Virus record (IMG/VR): IMGVR_UViG_3300028591_000086
Span: 64,001 to 128,000 of that record
Strand: one strand, 5' to 3'
DNA length: 64,000 nucleotides
DNA from: a virus
Taxonomy: Duplodnaviria > Caudoviricetes
The notes beneath the pieces are model-generated. The model was given only the letters and a program-made list of their open reading frames with translations, had not been told where the DNA came from and did no database searches. Position numbers and translations under genes: made by a program. Shown here in pieces: positions 20,001 to 28,500 of this stretch (position 1 is its first letter; each line of letters opens with the position of its first letter).

Positions 20001-22512
20001 TTATATAGGAAATGTTACAGTAGTTTATTTAAATCCTTTTACTGGAAATATTTCTAAAATATCTAAAGATTTTAATACAGATATAAATAATTTAAACGAA
20101 TCCGATATCTTAATACGAAGTTCAAATATAATAGATCTTAAACGATGTATAGAATTTAGCAACACAAACTCTATAGACAGCAATCATTATTGTTTCGATA
20201 AAAACGCTATTAACGAAAATAACGTAATTGTTTCTATACATAACAATACTGATGGTGTTCTTATGATCTATACATATGATAAAGAAACACACGAAATCAT
20301 AAAATTCGTACCAGTAGATATTAGTGAAGAAAACACGGATTTTAATCTCGATGGAAACAAATTTGTATATGAATACAATGATGAATATTATTATTGTATT
20401 ATATCTGATGGAAAAATATTTACCATAAATAACACCACTGGAGAAATAAATACTATAATCAACGATAAAATTAAACACAATGAATTGTGTATAAAATTAC
20501 CATACAAAAAAGATATTTTAATCGGTAATGATGATTCTAGTTATTTATTATTTGATACTTCTGATAACGTATTGATTTCTAAACAATGTAACACCGATGG
20601 TTATATTTTAGACAAAATTATTCATACATCTAAATATTTTAGACACTTCTATGCATTAATTCATAAAGAAGGAGAGTCTACATATTCTTTAGGAAAATTT
20701 GATGGTGATATTTATTCTAATGAAATAAACAATCTAGTATTTATTTCTAAAACAGATATAAAAATTAAAGAAACAGATATCGTTATTTATAAGAATAATT
20801 TTGGTATAATTATCGATGATGGAAACAAAAACGTATTATGTTTTGACATTGATGAAAACCGAAATAATATCATCAATCTCAGATATCTTACTAATGATGT
20901 CATAAATGAAAAATGTGTTGATGAAAAACCATTAATAGATTTCACATACGACGACAGAACATTCGATGAAAATATTGGAAATATAGTATTTGTAAATGAC
21001 ACGCGTGATATCGATGACGATTACCAAAATCATTTAATATTTAAAATAAATATTTCTGAAAATTTGGAATTAAGATATTATAAGCGTGACAATATTGAAA
21101 ATCCAGATTCTAATTGGAGTACTGGAATAATTGCTATATTCGATATAAACAACGATGTTCTTATCAAAAAATTCAATACAGATGTTGATTTTTCTGAAAA
21201 ATATAAAACTGAATTTATCGATACACCATTAGAATATGATGAAGTATTGGGATACACTAGATACGGTCATTTCATAACCGTATCAAATGCCGATAAAATC
21301 AACAGTTATTCTTTAAAAATATCAGGAACAATTGAAAATATCGATAATATAAATAGTGATGATGAAATTGAACTCATAAACAATAATACTGAAATAACAT
21401 CAATCGATTCTTCATCCGATTGTAAAATTGTGAAAGTTCAAAATAGACATGTCGCTATTATAAATATACCGTTTGTATACGTATGTGTATTATCTAATTC
21501 CAATAGATTTATAGTTAATAAATATACTATTGAAACAGTCGGTTTATCATCAGATGATGGATTAAAAATAGCCAATATAAGTGATAATATTTATCTTATA
21601 CCAAGTAATCCGACTCAACCAATATTTGTTATAAGCAATATTTGTAACGGAACGATTTATGATATAACAGACGAACACGTTGTAAAAAGCATAACGAACT
21701 ATAAATTAGATAGACAATTGTTGAATAATTTCAAAGATGTAGTATATGCTGATAACGATCGAATGTGTAAAAATACCGATAGTGAATTCGGTTTATATTT
21801 TAACGTGCTTAAAAATTGCTCCGAATTCTACAACAGATATATCGGTGTAGCTATAAATGGTGAAGTTATTGATGCAGAATATCCTATAAATGAATATGAT
21901 ATATCTCATATAGAAATAACTCGTGAAACTAATGCATTGGCTTTGCGTTCCGTTGAAAACGTAAAAACAGTGTTAAATCTGATTCACAAAGATAATGATA
22001 AAAACATTGTCGCTGAAGTAAATGCTATTGCTAGATTAAATACTTCTAAATTCAGAATTTTATTCTCGAATACAAATATAGATCAATCTGGTGAAGTTTA
22101 TGCGTTCTTAAATGAATCGGAAAGTAACATGATGCTTAGAGACGATACTTCATACTATAAAGGAAACTATAGTGTAGCTATAATTAGAGACTCTATAATT
22201 AAAATAAATATAGATAATGAAGTATATACATATAGTAAAGCATATGATGAAATACCTTTGTACAATAAAATTCTTCCTATAGTAATTTGTTACGGAACAA
22301 GAGAAAATGGCGATACAAGATATCTATCGTTCGCCGATGAAAAAGGAAACGTAATAACATATGATAAAGAATTAAAAACATTTATAGATATTTCCGGATA
22401 TGTTGATGTTGATGTTCCTCATTTTTCCACAGAAGCAATGATCTATCCATCTAAGACAAAACCATTAGATGATAACGACATTGTTTCTATAAATATGAGA
22501 ATAGGTAACTAG
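14086..22512 (+). CDS. Very large (2808 aa) virion protein with Kelch/WD-like beta-propeller domains
   Basis: SD AAGGAG; Kelch-like YIYCIGG...FDTLEDTW and FAVFGG...IDLYDVKRHIW; late promoter upstream. Confidence 0.65.
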   Translation: MSDSSNNVNKYYVNTPIAADYEGANSEVLSKASKFGSKSHRLLLDKNKNIIDRGSNNFKYLESTLFSNKEVKFNKNQSPSMFDVDYINKIKSEEGCVYKVLRFDRSHNIRSFDFILNYTQLNAFGSEIYKPVVLNKQFIGRLLFTGCSIIRDTDTMEELPLRLCGKYESIGDTVNNNIDLDANVDAKGGPTITFKYSFDNNYVYLFIASLSPFRLIPVGDGEFIDISYAEGKGTLIGENKKTLSIVSDPITGNKKSVNYFSDNRVYTDIVLSLKDTTISHDTNNIEFVDFNDVVMNNVAVLSRAQTLIMYPTNDGEQIIIGMEPASTINMEIAPNLKPIRFGSNLLNTSKENIKRYIDNLRKQIIDSATNIEKVPFNIKTTIRSKGKYNINGGFFIDNQADSMGAIIIQDIGVYDNITGTFDITEYIFDINQNKYEKAKTVKRYQEYVNNASDYLTSISKDHPNIPAVRKTNVLMDTILNIDFNTPEELDVYFNAAFARSSVDFDVLFTFTEFGNILGDNTDDYIVYFCKDDKIRIINFKDYQMENIYTFDFKKSANDSDTHDYLNTSDHITSVTRSEKDGKYLYYIGTEEGKFIVLVNSPEEKISDVKILNAFNNDDIIREKVSFVKHENEFIYIGGVNGSIAIYDINSDNIIYIKTCLRFNDEIIDISKADKNNIIVVSKKEINSYNLVLKKWNSENSSIIANSIFDNPFKDLPYPNIDLILNKEGFKDVPIIQKDNYAYILGVRLDREAGYYPVYKKVNLLTGEIKNLPLPDKELYLYKAKLCKDERYIYCIGGASVPHMNDPVEERKTYYSIFDTLEDTWISTSTKTLPLDNSSTILNNNSDFYPVANNGKIYIVHPKASVINKNEDTGLYVMSNKRINKTYIITFEESRLDIVSIDNLTEDEESKLPSSDINLVALVNDTKEKKIHLFSCVPQVIQSEYKGYVLTRYILDTETDTILSNNESVLCGTELELSSLYSNGRFSDVQNDLFTNISIYSEYKESIIYCLDNFILYINSLDNIIYTEFHAIYHDIGNGASHAPLLSNGDFSAWRKYNKKPSNTTILHIGNLLGFVGGDTVRVTDYLSLDSMSLIPAPRYFERKKGIEASSVISGNMKDVLNIIPIEGKFKYDKIATCRNKNTVYLAVNSIDTSRIILMKYELDDPSAKPIVIKTFENTNSVIILDLNILFNNNSLYISTITQVRQQMDIIVYKLEDDNAEYFSLNIVNGTKNIYAFINNNDVYYMNYNNGIKLALNDGNISQIAITDNIFNLPDDDVINSKIIKSVSFKNKKYFNVYNVNKDNRIDVLDMSDNSYSTLYTIPNSKDSLFGDIINVDNILYFTKGSIGNANTNDIYKLDLNDNNLKRALINNDISEYNPIIISRKNKLYSFGSNGTLKVLISDIIDEAFISFSAEIKINKLENTRDNRFNPTFTIFNVNGNEIFAVFGGKQSIGTPITRTIDLYDVKRHIWKTGLELPVELSHFTVCENTILGATEEIISSSSVRPYNKKVVIECVDYESMDFKCVISDIYPNINGFIYPTFGKYALDKENNILFVANVDAEDNIIDSQIHKVNLNNNTLASIAELPEIFSIERTRIIGMVAFNNNLGVITYSYSRNTIIVLCYNSTTDSWNEITRTPLDDHLIFEGSDRNKHPIFAFDIYDEVFNSIKNKSSSNVNYTKANLSILKDDNAIYTMYIHINNYGSSNETIAISDFYKTVSLNKTKANDVQTFKLNNNGFIYIENKNGDIYRIFPDNDFDNSFGVRKNNFNIKRHIHAITSNKNKAYYVSDSETGYVVYCKDLITDIEELISNIEDDVAIEKIKLEICDNELILAIVDNANNGTLFIYNINLDDKTIKSISKSDICIDDNAEPLSINQIVIINKNSVCIKYNNDCSKIFTSVENDINITDKNLPNSNQYTLINVIDDNDLLFGKISENNDKILQLFKNDKLISETNLSFHINKFIVVGFNLYLFDYIGNVTVVYLNPFTGNISKISKDFNTDINNLNESDILIRSSNIIDLKRCIEFSNTNSIDSNHYCFDKNAINENNVIVSIHNNTDGVLMIYTYDKETHEIIKFVPVDISEENTDFNLDGNKFVYEYNDEYYYCIISDGKIFTINNTTGEINTIINDKIKHNELCIKLPYKKDILIGNDDSSYLLFDTSDNVLISKQCNTDGYILDKIIHTSKYFRHFYALIHKEGESTYSLGKFDGDIYSNEINNLVFISKTDIKIKETDIVIYKNNFGIIIDDGNKNVLCFDIDENRNNIINLRYLTNDVINEKCVDEKPLIDFTYDDRTFDENIGNIVFVNDTRDIDDDYQNHLIFKINISENLELRYYKRDNIENPDSNWSTGIIAIFDINNDVLIKKFNTDVDFSEKYKTEFIDTPLEYDEVLGYTRYGHFITVSNADKINSYSLKISGTIENIDNINSDDEIELINNNTEITSIDSSSDCKIVKVQNRHVAIINIPFVYVCVLSNSNRFIVNKYTIETVGLSSDDGLKIANISDNIYLIPSNPTQPIFVISNICNGTIYDITDEHVVKSITNYKLDRQLLNNFKDVVYADNDRMCKNTDSEFGLYFNVLKNCSEFYNRYIGVAINGEVIDAEYPINEYDISHIEITRETNALALRSVENVKTVLNLIHKDNDKNIVAEVNAIARLNTSKFRILFSNTNIDQSGEVYAFLNESESNMMLRDDTSYYKGNYSVAIIRDSIIKINIDNEVYTYSKAYDEIPLYNKILPIVICYGTRENGDTRYLSFADEKGNVITYDKELKTFIDISGYVDVDVPHFSTEAMIYPSKTKPLDDNDIVSINMRIGN

Positions 22513-22528
22513 GTATATATTTAAATAA

Positions 22529-22560
22529 ATTAGGACTCTCCCGTTAGGGAGAGTCCTAAT
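22529..22560. terminator. Bidirectional intrinsic terminator
   Basis: ATTAGGACTCTCCC-GTTA-GGGAGAGTCCTAAT between convergent giant ORFs. Confidence 0.9.
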
Positions 22561-22562
22561 AT

Positions 22563-25500
22563 TTATTCTTTTATAATAGCATTAGCATATATAGTTATAT
22601 TATCAGTTACATTTTCACCAGCAATAGTCAAAGTTGCTTCTTTCATACTAGTAAACATGAAATATAATCTAAAATATGTCGACGCAGGTATTGTATAATT
22701 ATCTATTTCCGCACTAGTTAAAATATGTTCACCATCTAATGAGAATCCGTCAAATATACAATCTTCTACATCTGCTATTCCTAATGCACCATTTAGTGAA
22801 TTTACTAACACTCTAAGCGCAGTATCAACATCATATACAAATTCTCTATCTTTTACAACTCGTCTATCATATATGTAATTTTCAGTTGTACCCGTTGTAC
22901 CGATAGATACATTAATTGTATTAGGAAGTTTATAACCATCATTAGCCACAAGTTTCTTATTATAGTTAATATATCTTGTAGCAATATCTGTTCCTACTTC
23001 AGATAATCCTTCAGGATGCATATTAAGCATATCATATCTTACAGTATAAGTTTCATTTCTTTCAACACCCGTTCCATCATATGGTTCTTGCATACCAATA
23101 CCACTATTACTTTCAGGTGCAGTTGTTCCACCAGGTAACCAAGTTGAAGTACTAGCAATATCTGTATTATTCCCAATAGTATCTGTTGTCTCAGCATATT
23201 CAAGAACTTCCGAGGCAAATAATGTAGCCGATTTCACACTATTACTCCAAGAATTTCTATTATCCAAATTTTCACCAGTAACAGTGATCGTTACAATCTT
23301 ATCAAAATAATCATCATTTTCATGACGAACTATTCTTTCTGTTCTTGCACTGTATTCTGTTATGAAACCTTTTTCATACAAATCTCTAAGGGTAATATTA
23401 TCATCTAATGTGAATTGTATTCGTTTTATAGAACCATCTGTCCATTGATAACAGAATTCACCGGATACATTGTATGATAAACCTGTGTCATCATCTGTAG
23501 TTACAAACATATTCTTGTTATTTAATGAACCATTTACAAGATGTACCCAACAATAACGAGAATCTATATTCTTAGTCACCATTTCAGGTATCAATTTATT
23601 GTTAAATAACTCGAGATAGTTATATTCCTGTGGATAGAAATTATTAGACTTAATTGGATACGTAGCAACCGTTTTATTGTATAATGAAATATATCTACTC
23701 CATTGTATATCTTTTTCAGTATTTAATTCTTTTCTAAAGAGTTGCTTTATGAAAATTCTATCAACTACACCAGATTCTTCAAGAGCCTTAGGATAATGTT
23801 GGTCTTTATTTAATGTGATAAATGAGAATCTATCAGCATATACCGAAGTTTTCCAATCATTTCTATCGAATCTATCAGAACTATCAATATGTAATTGATT
23901 TATTTGTTCCAATAAAGTTGTGCTAAATTTCGAATCTTTAACTGACCAAATAATCAACTCTTTGGTTACATTATTATATCCACTGTTCTTAATTAGATTA
24001 TTGATCTTGAATATAAATTTTTTACTATAAAGATATTTCTGTGTCGATTTACCACAATATCTCTCCAATAAAGCAACATTGCTATCACCAGAAATCTGTT
24101 CAAGTGTAGCAACACCATTAGCTGATTTATCAGGAGAAGGTCCAACTAATGTTAATACAGGTTTATTGTCTGAGTCTGATTTAATTGTATAATTGTATAC
24201 AAAATCTTTATAGTCTATAAATCTTGATGAATTTTGTCTATTTCCTAAATCAGACAAATATTGTCTTACTCTGAAACTTATATTATGTTCAGTTTTAATT
24301 GTAGAATACTTATTATCTTCTTCATAGTATGGAATTATTGCACCTACACCATAATTATAATCATAAGTATTAACTGTGGTATTATATAGAGTATTATTAT
24401 TATGTGGTGCAACGTAATTGTTATTTGTGAGGATAATGGATTCACGTAAACCTTCAAACTTAAGACGAATTACATCTAAGCTTTGTTGAGGTGTGTCATT
24501 CCAATTATTTAAATATCCAAACAAATCATCGTTATTTACTATAGATCCATCAGAATACAATAAATCTCTAGATTTAACATAAGTTCCATATAAATTATTT
24601 TCATCACCAAATTTATCTATACCTAATTTATATCTAATTATTTTTGTATAAGATGGTTTAGATGTAGCTGAATTATCGTATGACATAGATTCATTTGAAA
24701 TCTCAGCATCAACTACCTCATATGTGAGAGGTAAATTGATTTCCATAATACGATTACCGATAGTACGAACCTCTGTTGTAGCAGTAGGTGGATACATAGC
24801 TTCGTTAAAATATCTATTCCATTCAACAGAAAGTGAGTCATTAATATCATCAAGTTGATGTGGTTTAATGGCACCATTATCGAGTTCATATTTACTATCA
24901 TGGTGTAATAGTTCGACGTTATCAGTATTAACTGAATCTGTTGAAGAACGTACAAGCCATTCTCTAGTAACAATACTTTCATCGCTAATTAATCTATCGA
25001 ATTCAGCATCCGACATTCTAGCAAGGTTCTTATTTTCGCGATATAAATCCTTTTCAGGATTTCCATCAAAAATAGTTTCATGACGAACAACGAGTTTTTC
25101 GTCAAGAATAACTAACCATCTATGACTCTTATAATACCAAGCAGAAGCTCGCTTAAAGGTTTCAGTACTTATACCTTCATAAGTATCTCTTCGCTCATCT
25201 ATTACTTCCCTATCGTGTACATCACTGTAATAATACAGTTGTCTATCAAATGAAGGTTTTATTGCGTTTTTAAGTCTAATCACTTCAGATTTAGCAAAAT
25301 CTTCATTATTATAAGGAACTGAAGTAAATGCACAAGTTACGGTATTTGTTATATCTACTCGTGAACCTGAGTTTGTTGTTATTTTTTCAGCAGCAGAAGG
25401 TGCTTCTACTTCATAAAGATATTCAATGTGTTTATCTGTGAATACTTTTCGCCATTTACGAATAAAACACATCTTAGCCCATTCCCAACCTTTCCAATTT

Positions 25501-28500
25501 TCCAATGGGAATTTTTCATCTATTAATTCAGTATAAGCTTCTACAGAATCACTAGTAGTATGTGCACCATTAGCAGTAGAAACAATTCCGTTATTTACAG
25601 GATTTTTACCACCAATATATGTTTTCTTAGATGAAGTATTAAAGTTTTCAATATATTCATCTTTATTATATTTCTTACCAATAATGTTTGTTTCTATTTC
25701 ATCAAATTGAAGATTTAATAATCTTTCATTTCCATTATTAATATAACCCTTAGCTGGTATCCACCATGCTTTAATCATATCATATGGAGATTCAAATATA
25801 CTATATCTATCAATTATGTCATAACCATAACCAACATTACGCTTTTTAATATTATCATATGCTGATACTGTGTTGTTATATTTTAGTCCATTGCGAATCT
25901 CAGAAACTTGACCTATTCGTTTTTGATTACCGTCTACAGATGATATAGATTCAAATAAACCAAATTCATTTACCAAAGTTCCTTCAATAGCAACTATACG
26001 ACCCTTACCTTCATAATCGATATAATAATCAGGATTATTAACGACATTTTTAGCAAATATAGAATGATTATGCATTTTATGGATAGTTCGTCCGTTTCTA
26101 ATAAATTCGAGTTTAGCAAAAGATCTATCATTTAATACTTTACTACCGAAATTATCAAAAACGTATCTTAAGTCTTTTTTATTCTTACTTAATGGAACGA
26201 TCACATAATTACTTGTGTTATCTGCCATTATAATACAATTTATTTTATCAAATGTTCCTAATCCATCACACCTTAAAATACTCATATATGTATCAGCATA
26301 TATGCCTATTTTTTCAACATTCTGTTCTTTTTGAACAAAATGATCTTTATTAGTTATTATTGGATATTTAACATCTGATAACTTATCTTTAATAGTAGCA
26401 GCAATAATACCATCTATATTTTTACCGAAAATACAATTAATATTTTGTGTCGCATCTGTGTTACTATCGTGTGACATATCTGTAAGATATTCACTAGTTT
26501 TTATATTGTTTCTAAAGATCGCCTTATTGGTTGCATCTTGGAAATAAGGTTCTATATAGAATTTAGCATCTATTTCACTAGGAAGAGTATTTAAGCATTC
26601 TATTTTGATTTGATATTTGGCAACATCTGAACCAGTAAATCTTTGAATAAATGTCATAAAATCTCTAGAATAATTTACGTTACCGTTAAGTGAATTGTTA
26701 CCACCATTATCACGTACGATAACTTTATGATTATTATCTAGTTTTGAAGTATATAATTCAAAGATCTCATCTTCAAATCCATCAATAGCCAATACTCTTA
26801 AGAATGGTTCAATTGTTCTAGTTTCATCATCTGTCTTGCTCATACCAACAGATTTCTCTGTTTCGTATAAAATGAATTTACCATTCGTTATATCAGATAT
26901 AAGAACTCTATATCTTAATGTATATTGTTTGGATATTACATCGGTTTCTAATGCATTAGTATTATTCATTTTTAATCTAATAGCAATAGCATTCGGTAAA
27001 TTATTATTTGAACCATTTCCTAATTCAACTTGAATACTTCTCCACGCATTACTTATTGCTCGAATAGGAGTATTCTTTAATGTATCATATATTCTATATG
27101 AATGAATAGAATTAGTATGCTCAATAAGCGTAGATGACGTATTATATAGTGCTATGTAAACTTTATTATCTTCTTTATCGAAAGCAATTATTCTTCCATA
27201 AGAATCAAATGTATTTATTACTTTAGCAGAATGCTCAAGATATTCACCATATCTATTATGATTAATAGATACTAATATACTTCTTCCTTTGGTTTTAAGG
27301 AAACAATTATTTCTATATCCATTAATGAGCAATACCGAATTAGTACCTTTATTGTTTACTTCGAAAAAGAATTTATCAGGATTATTAACGTTTACATCTA
27401 TACCACAATAATCTAGATCCACTTCATAATCATAAATGTTATAAAGAGTAGATAATGATGTGTCTGTGTAATTAAAATCAATTATATGCAATTTATATGA
27501 TTCATTAATTATAATACCGACTAAGAATATTATATCATTTTCATTTGTATAAAAACATAAATTCTTAAGATCTATATTATAATTTTCAAATTTATTATCG
27601 ATATAATCAAAAAATTTAGACCAATATGGATCATTTTCATCTATATTAATAAATATTTTTTTACCAGAACTTTCATTATATGAAATAAATCGACAAGTTT
27701 CATTAGTTAGTATTATTGAATTATCCGATCTAATATTATATACATCATATCTATTATTATCATTCATAACCGCAAATATATCGCTGTTATTAGATGTGAT
27801 TCCAGCATATTTTAAAGAATCTATAGATTCTTGATTATAATATTTTTCAAATTTATACCAATAAAGTTCATTACCACGAGAATATAATAAATAAGTATTT
27901 CTATCTCGTCCTATGTTCATTATAACATAAAGGTTACCGTTTTTAGTAACAATTCCCCTAGGCATACACTGAACATATTCTATTGTTCCTGAATCATCGG
28001 TTATTGGTAAAACTTCTTCATTATGCACATTTGTTATAGTATCAAATGATAATCCACCATCATTAGATACATAACAAATATCTAAAGCGTTATTTATTTT
28101 CCAAACATATCTACCATTTTTAAAAATAAAAGATGATGATTGATAATATGCATTAAAAATTTCATCATCTTCTGACGGTGGATACATTGGTGTCTTTTCA
28201 CTCAATTCACCTTTAGATACGCGTATCAATAAAGAAGATAAATAATCAAATCTAGTTTGACGTCTAGCTATGTAATATAACTTACTTGTTGTAGGTACAA
28301 GCAATTCATTATTTTCTATAGAGAAAGTAAAAGCTACATTATTAGAACCTGAAATAAAAATCTTACCTCTATTATCTGAAACAATAGCATTTATCTCGGT
28401 ATTCTCAGCAATATCTTCACCAGTGTAAAAATAACCTGGACCAACTAAAACATTTGTGTTAGATCCTTTATAACCAGTAATTCCACCATTAACCAAATCA